DNA of 64,000 bases from the human T2T-CHM13v2.0 reference genome, Homo sapiens. The stretch lies in assembly GCF_009914755.1 (NCBI RefSeq), contig NC_060934.1, one strand, 5' to 3'. The notes beneath the pieces are model-generated. The model was not told where the DNA came from. It searched no databases and was given only the letters and a program-made list of their open reading frames with translations. The translations under genes and the position numbers were made by a program. Shown in pieces: positions 25,976-42,427 of this stretch (position 1 is the stretch's first letter; every line of letters starts with the position of its first letter).

Positions 25976-27773
25976 CTGGGAAGTGGGGCAGCACACAGGG
26001 CCCTCCCTTTATCCCTCTGAAATGTCAGGGCTCCCTCGGGCTGACCCGCAGACTAAGGTCCTCACTATAGGCCAGTATGGGCCACACCCCATGGCCTCCC
26101 TGCCCCGCTCATGCTGTTCCTGCCTCTGGGAATGCCCTTCCCTGTGCTTCCCTTTCCACCCTCGCCTTTTCTAGATGTCCTCTAAGATCCGACAGGCCTG
26201 CTCCCGCCCCTCCACTTCCCAGCTGAAAGTGGTCTTCCCTCCTTAGAGGCCTGGTGCCTCGGGGACTCACGCTGCTTCCTGCCACCCTGCCCTGGGATGT
26301 CGCTCTCCTCCAGGCAGGGAGCCAGCCTCATTTCTCCTACAAGCGCAGCACAGTGAGGTGGAACTTGTGAATGCTGACCCTTCCACCCAGGTTCAGTCCC
26401 TCGTTCTCTCTCTGCTGCTGCAGCCTCAGTACCTGATCCGTCTGGCCTCAGTTTGTTCACATGCAAAAGTGGGGCTGATGAAAGTAGTCCCGGCTTTACC
26501 CACTTCATAAGGCTGCTGTGAAGATTAACTGAGCTGGTTCCTAGACAGGGTTTAAGTGGTCCCTGGCACAGAGAATGTACTCAGTAAATGAAGCGGTTCA
26601 TAGCAGAGCTTTATTTTGGGAGAACAAATGATGCAAGGATTTCTATTAATTTTTTTCTAGCACTTAGTGGAAAAATCAATAAATATTTGTTGAACCAAAC
26701 TGGTCATGAATCTACCGATCTAAAATGCTGGCCCTGTGACCACAGGAATGGTGCCATGCAAAAGTCGGACTTTTCAAAAAGCTCACTTGGCAGCTATTAT
26801 GTGCCAGAAGCAGTGAGTACATTGTCTTGTTTAATTTTTCCCACCAGCCAAGAGGTAGGTACTATGATTCTCCCATTTTACAGATGAGAAGACTGAGGCC
26901 CAATGAGGTTAACAGCTTGCCTCAGGCTCACAGAGCTGATGAGTAGAGGTGTTGGGAATTGAAACCAGACAGCGTGAAACCAGCATCTATCCTCCTAACA
27001 TAACCTCCTATCATAACCTACTGAGAAAGAAACAGCAGCTGTCACTCAGTGGCTGAGGCCTGGCACGCAAGGTGAGCTGCGTCATTCTCCTATTACACAG
27101 GAACGATCTCACAGATTGACAACCTCAAATAAGGTTTCTATGAGACTATGATAAAATGAGGCAAGCACAAACAAAAGCAATGTCTCTGTGCCATCCAGAA
27201 AATACCGAACACCCCTCTTGGCTGAAATGAGTGACTGCTACTTCTTTATCAATTACTGCTCTCTGCACACTCGTCTCTCCTCCCTACAGATCAGATTTCT
27301 TGAGCTGCCCAGTTGCAGGGCTGTCCCTCCTTCCTGACAGTATCTAATCTGTGGCAACCCCTATTTTCGTAGGCCTTCCCTCAAATCACCAAAGCTCAAA
27401 TCCTGTGCTAGGTTCTTTCTAACACCTTCCTACTGAGGCAACCCGAGGTTCCCCTGATGTGAGTTCCCTCGCTGCAAAGAGCAAGAAACCAAACTAGACT
27501 AACTACAAGTGTGTTCCTGGTGGGCTTTGGGTGAAGGGCTGTGGATGCCAGCCTTCCTTGGCCTGGAAACTTCCAGTAATAACAGCCACCATTTGGGCAA
27601 GGCTGCACGTGCCAGGTCCTAGCAGCAAATGATCTATTACCTTCACAGCAGCTCTGTGAGGGCAGGTGCCATTGTTCCATTTTACCGTGACTCGGAGAGG
27701 CTAAGTGACACCTTAACCTTCACAAAGTGGCAGAGCTGGGAGATGAATCTTTGTTTATATTAATATAAAATCA

Positions 27774-28090
<317 letters not shown>

Positions 28091-28916
28091 GTTTTAAATT
28101 ACTGATCCATTGAGTTACAAAATGCCGCACGTAAAATGTTCAAGTAAAACTTAGACATCAGGCAAAGTATTAAGGTTTAACATCAGTCCGTTAGCACAGC
28201 CACAGTTTCCCCCTATATTGATGTTCTAGAGCTGCTGCTGCTTCAAGAAGATGTTCCACATTTGTTTTGTGGCCTTGAATGCCTTCTGTGGCCTCCTGGA
28301 GGTATCTGGACTCAGGTTACAGAAGCATAAGCTAAGGATAGCTCTGGGATATCCAGCTCAGTTTGGGATCTTGAAGTCAGTTGTGTTGGGGACAGGGCAC
28401 AGGCCCTTCTGCTAGACTGAGCTCCTCAATGTCTCCAGGGCACACTTTGGCCACATAGCAGCTATGTACTCCAAGGTGGTACCTGGCCTGGACCTGGCTG
28501 GGAACACAGGGCTCTAGACACAAGGGCTGCCTATGATCTGGAGTCAAGGGCCCCCACCCCGCCCCAGGTGCCCAATCCCCTGGTTCCCACCTGCTCTCAT
28601 GCTGTGTTGGTTACATGCTTCCCCACCTTGTCAGCTTGTTTCTGGAAGCTCCCTGACTCCCTCACAGGCCATGGGGAAACCACCTTTCCCCATTAGGGGA
28701 AGGGGAGGAAAGGAGCCTGTGATGTCCACAGCTGGCTGCAGATGAGCATTCGACCCAGCCCCCAGTCAGCACTGGAGAGCAGAGAGCATCGACTAGGCTG
28801 CCTTTTCCTTCTCTCTCAAGGCCCTTATCCCACCTGCTTCTTCACACTCCTTCCCAGGCTGCTGAGAGCCACACGCCCAGGGCCAGTGAAGTGGGATCAA
28901 GTGGGGAGGTACTCAC

Positions 28917-28936
28917 AGCCACCAGTCCGTTGTGTC
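28917..28936 (-). CDS. PYROXD2: PYROXD2 exon 2, 20-nt microexon (GHNGLVA)
   Basis: ttttgttgcag|GACACAACGGACTGGTGGCT|gtgagt; needed to complete GxGxxG and to keep the frame. Confidence 0.94.
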
Positions 28937-30879
28937 CTGCAACAAAACGGGACAGGGAAGGAAAACATCACTGGTCAGCGGGCGGGCAGACAGACAGTCC
29001 TTGAGGAATGTGCTCCCCGCTGCCCGTCCCCATGCCATGAAGATCCTTGGTGACCCTCCCCTCCCCTTCCCGCACTCAGATGTTGGAACAGCATCTAGTT
29101 CAACTCCATGAAACACCAGATCTTCAAGGAGTCAGAAAACCCTGGTTCTTGCCTTGGCTGGAAAAGTCCTGCTCCCCTGGCTTGGTCAGGGGCTCTGCTG
29201 GAGTGAGGGGCTCATGAGAGCATCGCCAGGGCTTCCATTGCTTGGGAGGCGCAAGTGATGGTGTCTGAGGGAGCAGCACGGTTGAGTTGGCAAGCAGGAG
29301 AAGCAATGGGTGGCTGGCATGCTGCTGCGCCAACGTCCCGTCTCGCATGGCAGCATCAGCATCCAGGGGAGTGCTGGTCATGTAGGTAGTTGCTATCAAG
29401 CGCGGCTTGTTTTGTCCACGTGTGGTTCACAATCGGCACAGTGGTGCCCTAGAAGGCTTTATTCACATGGGTTTTTTTTTTTTTTGCCAATCCCCAGTGT
29501 TCCAAAAATAAAACATGAACAGTTCAACATGAAGTAAACATGCACAGCTTCAACATGTGCTGGAGTGACTAGCTGTGCTTCAGGGTGCCTTGAGCTGAGA
29601 GGCCTGAATTTGGCTTTGGCATCTCACGTTCCACACCAAGCCCCTGGGTAGCAAGTGCCTCTCCAGCTCTGATAAGCTCAGAATCACCTGGAAGGTTGTA
29701 TAAATGTCGACTCCCACAGACCCCCTTCCCAGGAGTCTGTTCAGCAGGTGTTTCACAGAACCAAAAGTTTCATGAGCTAAAATTAACTCTTACCATATGA
29801 GAAGCATGTGAGAAGCTAGTTGGTTACAGTTCATCTTAAAAAGTGCTGGTTGACATACTCTTTATTTGTATGGGCTTTTGAAAATGTTCATAAGAAAGTT
29901 TAAACAATCCGCCAGTGGGACTCATGAACAGATGGAATCTGTCTCTCAAAGACATGCAGCAAACTAAAGGCAGACAGTCCTGGGCTCAGCCCAGCCTCTG
30001 CTATTTGCCAGGGCATGACCTCAGAGAGTCATCAGCTGCCCTGAGCCTTGAGTTTCTTCACATGGGGAACAGAGGGTGCCAGGGACCCTGCAGTGTGGCA
30101 AGGATGAGATAAATGGGAGCTATTTGTCTTTTAATTGGTGCTGATGATCGATCTTGGAAAACTCATAGTCTTCCAGGCAACTGGGTCCAGTTCAATCATG
30201 GCAGACCTCAAATGAGTAAGGTCAAGGATCCAAAGCACAAGACCCCCTCCCAGTGACCACCCTCAAGTCCTGGCTGAGCCCTCCTTGGCTTCTGGTGACA
30301 CCTCTGTTCCCTTGAAGAGGACTTCAGCTGCGGGCTCTGCTAATCCCCAGACCTGCCTCAGGGGCCCCATAGCAGGCGCCTGGGCCCTTGAGGAGCTGCT
30401 CTGGGCGTGGGCTCTGCAGCTGCCTGCATCAGGCAGTGTTGGTTGGGTGGATGTGCTGACCTCTGGGAGACACCTCCCGCCCTCAGAATGCTCGTCACCA
30501 GGTATGGGGCCAGGAATCTCCATTTTAACAAGCCCCCTCAGTCACTCTCAGGCACATTTAGTCAAATGACTAAATGAGATTCATCTTCAAGGTGGCGGCC
30601 AGGTGCCAGTGTGCCTTCAGGGACTCAGAGGTAACCCTTGTCTCAGAAGATGCCGTTCTGTTCCTCACTGAGGCCCAAGATGCCTTTAAACCAGGCTTTA
30701 TGGTATGTTTAGCAACTAAAGAAATCATGTCAAGGAAAAGCTCACACACTGAGACTCACTCGCACTTGTAGGCAAGTCACCAAGGCAGCTGGTGACCTAA
30801 AGTCAACCTTCCCCATTAGGAGACAGCAGGGTGAGCTGTGGCTGAGCACGGAAGGAGGCAGGGGGCTTCTCTGAGGCTA

Positions 30880-32156
<1,277 letters not shown>

Positions 32157-32986
32157 TCTAGTACATATGAAAATGAAGGCATGCCCTCAAAGCTGCATGT
32201 TGAGTGCCGTCTGCTTTCGGTCCCGTCATTATCTCTGTATAGACCCAGTTGGCAATCATGCATTTGGGGCCCTCTGCAAGTGTGAAAGGAAGGCACTAAG
32301 GAAAGACCACCTGGTCCTGGGCCTGCCTCTTCCCCTAGCACCCAGTAGACTGTGATACTCTGAGCCCAGGGGTTGGCAAAGTGTGGCAGATCACTGCAGA
32401 TCCCCAAATGTCCCAGAGCTGCAAGGCAATGGGGTCCATCTCCCTCTGCAGACACGCAGTAGGAACTCTGGGACTCAGTTCTGTTTTATCCTAACTGGCC
32501 TTTATGAAATGACTGCAGTTTCTTGTGACGAGGGGTGGCCTCAGTGGTAAGGTAGTGGTGACCAGAACTCAGGGCACTGAGGGGGCGGGGTGCTGGATTT
32601 CACTTGTCTGTTGGCCCAGGGCTCTTTCCAACCCTTACAAACCATAGGCTGAGAATGTGGTGGAAACTAGGTCACTTTGCAAGAGATATAGGGAAACCCC
32701 TGAGCTCACCTAGTCTTCCTGTCATTCTCCATGGGAAGATCCAAGCCCAGAGAAGGCAAGCATTTGCCCCAGGCCACACAGCAGAGCCAGCACCGGAATC
32801 CCAGGTGCCTGCCTGCCAGATGGAAGGGCTTTCCATTGCAGCCCCTGCTAGCGTATAAACTTCTGGCTGGGTTATGCCAGAGGAGAGAGCAGTGGGGCTT
32901 GGCTCCCCCTCCCCCTCCCCACCAAGCTCTGAGCAGGGCTGTCTTCCCGCCCCTCAGCTCTGGCCCGGCCTGCTTTACCACTTTAC

Positions 32987-33113
32987 CTGCTCCTATCACC
33001 ACCGCATCATACTCAGGCTTCAGACCTCCCCTGGCTTCCGTGTTATCTCGTCTCCACGCCGGGAAGGGAGAGGCGGCCACAGCCTTGCAGAGACCTCGGC
33101 CACTTGCAGCCAT
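32987..33113 (-). CDS. PYROXD2: PYROXD2 exon 1, coding part ([10 protein letters not shown]...YDAVVIGA)
   Basis: gaaATGG start; G|gtaaag donor; 127 nt; basic N-terminus resembling a mitochondrial presequence. Confidence 0.96.
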
Positions 33114-34204
33114 TTCTGCCCCAGGCTGGGCCTTGCTAGGCAGGGAGTTTGCTAGCGATTGGCTTTTGTGCTGCCCTAGGCACGGGGTGGAGCAGGGAGG
33201 AAGCAGGAAGAGGAGGAGCTGCAGTCCCCCTCCAGGCCCCCTCCACCATGCATTCTTGGCCACAGGCCAGCCTCCTGCTGCCCTGGGGCTGTGCTGGGCC
33301 GTCGGGAGTGTTGCCTATTAACCAGGCGGTGTCACCTCCAGGATGCAGGGGATAATGGCAAAACTGACAATCCACTGGGGTTCCTATGTCAGGCTGGCAT
33401 TGTGCTGAACCCTGTAGGCAAAACTCCCCATTTTACAGATGAGGGCGCTGAGGCTGCGGGGTTAGGGAATGAGTGGTGGAGGCAGAGTGGAGCTCGAAAG
33501 GGCCCTCTCCTCCCCTGTGCATCTACCTTCTCAGTCAGAACTGAAACGCCTGGGATGGCAAGTGCTCGTGTCAGACTCTGCTCCAACTCCATGCTGAGTC
33601 TGCCAGTGCAGAGTGGTGATGCCTCTACGCCCACAGGAGGCGCCCAGGGCGGCCATCTAGCGTCACCACGACCAGGGCCTTCAGACACCGCAGAGGCAGC
33701 TGTGTCTGTCGCTGAGGAGCACTGGAGTCCTCTCCTAAATGCTCAAACACAAACCCACAACGAGGGCTTAGGGGCAAGTTCGCTGTCTGTAATTCTCTGG
33801 TGTTTTAGTTTTGAAGGCCTGGCCAGTTCTCCTCTTTTGGCACCTTGCCCATTTTCCAAGAATCCCCAAGGATTCGAGGTCACATCTGTAAATACCTCCA
33901 GCTAAAGTTCTTTCTGACCCTCCCTTAGGCCTGCCTTGAATTAGGAGCCCCTTTGTTCTCTGCCCATTACTTAGCAGAGTGTTCCCCTAGGAGGAAAAAA
34001 CCCCTTGGAGCGGAGAGTTCCTGCACTGCTCTGATATCGCAGTGTGACGGAAACCTGCTATTGGTAACGAATCTCAGAACTGGGAGAGTATGTGGAGATG
34101 ATCCTAAGAGGGGGTTCCGAGGACCCCTCCACACACCATGGACAGTTACCCCGCATGTGAGCATCTCTGCTAAGATCTGATTCAGGATGTTCACTCCTGT
34201 GTTA

Positions 34205-34210
34205 TTTATT
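34205..34210 (-). promoter_or_regulatory. HPS1: HPS1 distal poly(A) signal AATAAA
   Basis: tttatt on + strand about 1.3 kb past the stop codon. Confidence 0.75.
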
Positions 34211-35021
34211 ATATAGAAAGATCAAGGGGACTGGTTAAACTAGACATATCACATCCAGCCGCTGCTAAAAACTAAAGGGAAATAGTAGGTGACAAAAGCA
34301 GGGGTCCTGAACAGTGGTGGGCTCAGGGGATTGGAGTTTTTTCCTTTATGTTTTTCTGTATTTTCCACAATCCACGCTTTTCATTGCCATTCCATCAGAT
34401 GATGTTAAGGAGGAACACAGATCCAGTCACCTGAGGGGATACTTCCTCACTGCCACCTTCTCAGGGTTTAGACCAACATGTGGGTTCTAGTTCCCCCAGC
34501 CCCAAAGCTGTTCCCTGCAAGGAAGAGATCAGTCTTTGAGCAAATTTTGGCTCAAGACTAAAGACACAGAAGGCGAGGCTCCTGCATGCACAGCACACGG
34601 CCATCTGATCCTGTGCTGCAGTGGACGCTGACTTTCGCCACGCCGTCCTCTCTGGCCCAGCACCGGCCTCCTGGCCTCAGAGGAGCAGACACTCCCAGTC
34701 CCAGGGCTCTCAGGGTCTCTTGTCCCTGGGTCCATTCTGGGACAGGAACTTCTCGGTTGGAAGAGAGGGGCTGTACCCCTCGGGTGGTGGTTCTCAATCC
34801 AGGGCGCACCACAGAAGCTTTGAAAGACATCAAAGGCTGGGCTCCACGGCCGCCAAGGGAATCCAAATCTCTGGGCCAGGGCCAGGGGCTTGAGAACCCC
34901 AGCCCTAGGGCAGACGCCAGCCAAGCATGAAGGGGCTGGGACTTAGCAAGGGCTTATCAGCACTGACAGAAGGGTCTAGAAGCACTAGCATGTTGGGCTT
35001 CAGTGATAACAATGACCAACA

Positions 35022-35027
35022 TTTATT
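35022..35027 (-). promoter_or_regulatory. HPS1: HPS1 proximal poly(A) signal candidate AATAAA
   Basis: tttatt on + strand about 0.5 kb past the stop codon, in MIR-like sequence. Confidence 0.55.
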
Positions 35028-35541
35028 GAGCACCTACCACACTGGGTAATCCTCACACCACCCTGGGACGGAGGTGCCATCGCTTTAAACGTGGGGAATA
35101 GAAGAAACTTGCCAGGAGGTGCAGAGAGGAAGTGGCAGCGCTGGAATTCAAACCCAGGCAAAGGAGCACCTTTTACCTGGGGTAGGAGAGAGCTTGCTGG
35201 GTGGGCTTCCTCCACGCAGGGAACAGCAGAGATGGGGCTTCCTCCCCATCTCCCAGGATAAAGGCAGAGGCAGCTCTGGAAGAGGAGCTGTTGCCACCGT
35301 TGTTTTACAAACAGGACCCCTGGGCTTCCCTCTTCCTCCAGAGAGAAGGATCTGGGGCCTTGCTCAGTACCTGACATGGAGGGTGGTCTAGGTGGGGTTT
35401 TAGAAGCCCTGGGGCCACCCTGGGCACTCTGCCCTATCCTCAGGATGGCCACTGCAGACAGGAGGCTCTCGTCATGGGGAACAGTGGCAAGCAAGGGTGG
35501 CTGGAGGACAGGATGCAAAGGCAGACTGCGGCCACCTTGGC

Positions 35542-35811
<270 letters not shown>

Positions 35812-36151
35812 TCACTAGGCCCCTGCATGTGGGCCTTGACAACCGCTCCGGTTCCTCACTGACCTAACAGTGGCATCCTGGCTACGAGGTAGCAGTGGGG
35901 ATGTTCTGGGCCGGGCACAGACGTTCCCCGTGCTGCCAAGACCATGCCAGCAGGAAGGTGGTAGGAACACAGATGTACCCTCCACACCCGTCCTCCCTCG
36001 CTGCACACAGGGCCAGCCGGGAAGGTGTTCCCAGCGTGGATTTCTGGGTCTGAGGTAGGGCACTGCTGAAGCAGAAGCTGCTCCCGGCAGAGGCGAGCAC
36101 TTATCACCCAAATGGGGGCATCTGTCCCCAGTGGCTCCCAACGCAGCGTCA

Positions 36152-36289
<138 letters not shown>

Positions 36290-37035
36290 TCAGACGCACC
36301 GGGCTTGCGGCCTGGCTTGGCTCTGTCATGTGCGCTGGGTGCTTGGGAAAATGCCTGGACCTTGTTTTTTCATCTTTGAAGTCAGAATGACAACAGTCAC
36401 CTTATGAACATTAGAGAAAAAGTATACAAAGCTTCAAGGGCCGGCAGGGTAGCTCTCATTACCGTCAATACCTGGACCTGTACAGGCCACAAACACACGC
36501 TCAGGAGGGCACCCTGCAGGGCTGTCATACAGGTCTTGAAGAGCAGAGCATTCACAAAAGGCCCAAGCCTCTGCTCTGAAAGAATTGGGAATTCCCAGGG
36601 TGGGATAAGGTGGGGAAGGGAATTAAGATCTGCTGGACGTGCCGTGTGTGCCAGGCATGAACATGGCACTTAGCTGATGCTTGCCTGGGCACCGTGGCCT
36701 GCCCTGCAGGGGGAGTGGACTCCCTAGTGTGCAGGGCTGCCCCCACGGCACCGGCTGGGCTGTGTGGCTGGCATTCAAACCTGGCCTCTCCAGCCCACAG
36801 CTCTGCCTCACTTTATCACCCCACGGGGCCACCCAAGCACACAGACTCCTGTCCCTCCCTAGAAGTGAAGGTAAAGGTCACAGGAATTTTCTAGCACTTC
36901 TGTTGTACACACGTCCTGGGCACTTCTGAGGGCACGGAGGAAAGCTGGGAGCCTGCAGGCCGGGGGAGCAGAGCTTGGGCTCCGGCTTCCTCACTTACAG
37001 CCTCGGTGGCCCTGGCCATGGCGTCTGATCTCCGG

Positions 37036-37488
37036 ATCATTGTGTCTCCATCCGTACAACGGGGTCAGGAATCCCTGCCCCAGCCACTTTACAGGGCTGT
37101 GAGGGGGTAACTGAGAGAACAGTGGTGGAGAGCCCCAGTAACCGCCCTGCCCTATGGAAAGGGATGGCTGTCACCCTCAGTGAACAAAGAGTGCAGGGTG
37201 GGGGCAGGGGAAGGCACAGGAGTGCAGGGACCCAGAGACCAAGGGCTGCGAGGGAGGAGGAACACTCCTGAGAGCTGGAACAACCACTCCTGAGAGCTGG
37301 AACAACCACTTATGGTGACAAGCGAGATGCAAATAAAAGAGAAACAGGAGGAAAGCGAAGAAAGGGAAAAGACAGAGAGGAGGGAGAGACAGGAGGAGAG
37401 GAGTCCCAGCCACTGCACCCCTCACAGCCCTGTGCAGTGGCTGGGGCAGGGATCCCTGACCCCGTTGTATGGATGGAGACACAATGAT
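37036..37488. repeat. 71-bp inverted repeat (arms 37036-37106 and 37418-37488, 4 mismatches, 311-bp spacer)
   Basis: Hand alignment of the left arm against the reverse complement of the right arm: 67/71 identical. Confidence 0.95.
37263..37310. repeat. Perfect 22-bp tandem duplication (CACTCCTGAGAGCTGGAACAAC x2)
   Basis: Directly visible. Confidence 0.93.
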
Positions 37489-37968
37489 AGTAAGCTCCCC
37501 CCACTGGACCCTACTCTGCAGTAACAGTGAGGCCCAGAAGAAGCAGTGCAGGGCCTGGAGGCCAGGGCCCCGAGCCACACCACCAGTGTCTCCTCAGGCA
37601 GCCTGGCTCACTGCTTCAAGCAGGGGCCTATGCTCTTGAGTTCAGGGGCCTATGCCACAGGGATGACCATGTGCCACACTTGGCATGTGACGCTGGCGAC
37701 ATGGAAGCACTAGCGACAAAGTGTGTGGTCTGAGTCGCATTTCTCACAGTGGGGCATGTGCCTTTCTGCTCACATGTGTGCCTGGATGCCACGTGGACAA
37801 TGGCAAGAGTTTGCCAGACAGCTGGGCAGAGGGATCACAAAGCAGTTAAACGCCCATGTGAAAATGTGACCTCTGAACTCTGGCTCCCAACCTGCTGGGC
37901 TTACCAGCAACAAGAAGAGAAGATGAGACAGACAGACAACAATTCAGAAGAAAGGAATCCAAGAGTTA

Positions 37969-38157
<189 letters not shown>

Positions 38158-38402
38158 TCACCACTCTCCCAGCCTTGGTCTGCCTGGGCAGCTCTCACCT
38201 CCGAAGGAAGGAAAGGGCACAGCCGAGAAGCTCCGTGAGTGCCAGGGGCCTCTCCTAGTACCCGGGCACTGCCTTGGCTCAGAGCAGGAGGCTCAACAAT
38301 AAATCATTATTGGATGGATGGACTACCCTCCAGTTAGCGTGGGGGCAAAATATATGTAAAAAAGCTTTGTGTAACTTTACTATACACATATGCCATAAAT
38401 TA

Positions 38403-38723
<321 letters not shown>

Positions 38724-39139
38724 TTAGTGAAATGATCATTCAGGCCAGAGAATAGCCAGGGACATCATTAATGAACACAGGAGAACAAGGTGTGGTCTCC
38801 TGAATCCCCTCCTCTGCCTGGGGTCGCCCACTCACCTAGTGCCCTTCAGGCTGGGAACTGATGGCACAGGTGAGTGACCCTGTAGGATGTGCTGAGCCAG
38901 GGGGGAAGTCCAAATCAGAGTTCACCAAGGGGTCAGATGGAAACACAGGGCCTGAGAAACCACGTGCCTTAGCTCCCCTGGGAATGTCCTCCTGCCTGAC
39001 GCAGGGACTGTCACCAGTGCTGCCGGTGAAGTGCCCCAGGGAAGGCAGCAGGGACAGTGGGCTCTCTGCCACCTCTCAGGGCTGGGAAGAGACTCGAGGA
39101 GCCCTCTCCTCTACCCTTAACGGGAGGGACAGGCGATCT

Positions 39140-39610
39140 GCTCCAAACTGCATCGCCGTGTGATTACTCATTAAATCTGCCATGGATTGACTGTACTTTT
39201 CAGGAAAGTAATTTGACAACATCCATCAATAATCTTAAAAACATTCCTCCCATCTGACTTAATAATTCCATTTCTAGGAATCCATATTGGGGACATAATC
39301 AGAGATGGGGACCCAGATGTATGCAAGGTGTATACTGCAGAATTATTTATAACAGCAAAAGCCTAGAAATAATCTGTATGTCTAAACATCAGGGAAATGG
39401 TTCAATAAATTATGTTACATTCACATGATGGACTATTATGGAGCTGCTAAAAATCATGTCTATAAAGAGTTAATGGCATGAGGGAAAGCATCTGATATAA
39501 TGTGAAATGAAAACATGGTAGCAAAGTTGCACATACAGAGTGATCTCAACTACAACAAACTGCACAGAAAACCAACAGAAAGAAACGTACCAAGATAACC
39601 CCAACTGTCT
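39140..39610 (+). mobile_element. Old L1M 3' fragment (approximate)
   Basis: aattccatttctaggaat, ttatttataacagcaaaa and aataaattatgttacattcac motifs. Confidence 0.6.
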
Positions 39611-39942
39611 CCAGAATGAGGGGCAAGGATGAAGATGGTGATGATGATGCCACCAGTAAGTACTGAATGAACTGTATCTGTATTTTGTGCTACGTGCTAT
39701 GCTAAATATTTGATACGTATCCTCTCATGTACTCTTCATAACTCTGTGATGTAAATAGCACTATTATTTCCTTCTACAGATGAGGAAACTGACCCTTGGG
39801 CTAAGTACTGCCCAAAGCCACATAACTGGTGGGAGACGGGGCTGGGCTTCCAACACATGCCTCCACCACCCATCTTCCCATCTTGTTTTAAACATTAGAA
39901 TACACTTTACTTGCCTCCCCCACCAAAACAAAGAAAGAAAAG

Positions 39943-39956
39943 AACACACACACACA

Positions 39957-39993
<37 letters not shown>
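39943..39993. repeat. (CA)n microsatellite
   Basis: Directly visible. Confidence 0.95.
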
Positions 39994-39995
<2 letters not shown>

Positions 39996-40295
39996 ATAGT
40001 TTTTTTGGAGAGTGGCAGGGGTCCTCCCCCTATCAAAAATACAACTTTGTCATGAAAAACAGTCAGTTAAATAAGGAGAATAAAAGAATTTCCAGGGAAT
40101 GCTTCCTTAACAGAAATCACCTTGTTTTAAATTCTGATGCCCAACTGATGGACCTTGCCGTTCTCTCCATTCTAGCTCATTCAACAAATACTTGTCGAGC
40201 ATTTATTTATGCCGGCACTGGCCACTGCCTCCTTGGGCCTGCTGCCCAGCGCACTCTGCTAGCCCCAGGCATGTGGATCACACCAGGAAGGGCTA

Positions 40296-41580
<1,285 letters not shown>

Positions 41581-41646
41581 GACACCATGGTGATGTTCCT
41601 CCTGCTCTTCACCAGCAAGAAGTCCTTCCAGTCCGTCAGCTTCTCC
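41581..41646 (-). CDS. HPS1: HPS1 exon 16 ([22 protein letters not shown])
   Basis: cag|G ... TC|atatcct; 66 nt. Confidence 0.95.
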
Positions 41647-41729
41647 CTGCCGAGGGAAGCTCGGGCTGCGTGAAGGAAGTACGGGCCCCAGACCCTGCCC
41701 TGGCCACCCAGGGGGCCGCACTGCACTTA

Positions 41730-42077
<348 letters not shown>

Positions 42078-42289
42078 TGGAAAGACCTAAGGGGGCAGCC
42101 ACAGCTGATCAGGCAATGGGAAGGAGCTTCCCAGCTTCTCCACGCGGTGCTCCACGTATGTGGGAAGAAATCTCCTTTCTTGAAATTATTTTGCTGATAA
42201 ATGAAGGGCAGTGGTGGAGGAGATGTGGCCTCCCAGGGAACAGTCCCCTGGGCACACGACCCACCCCTTGTCCTGAGGCCCACCACTCA

Positions 42290-42427
<138 letters not shown>

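Noticed and set aside
33114-33263. In-frame 50-codon N-terminal extension of PYROXD2
   Set aside because: Begins at GTG, probably upstream of the transcription start, and would mask the presequence-like N-terminus; no support beyond the absence of stops
32731-33905. Consecutive + strand ORFs of 196 and 204 aa around PYROXD2 exon 1
   Set aside because: Antisense shadow of a GC-rich exon plus MIR-like sequence; no protein-like features or splice support
36700-36720. CTCF-like words here and near 21385, 30590 and 41701
   Set aside because: Partial matches only; cannot be scored without a position weight matrix or ChIP data
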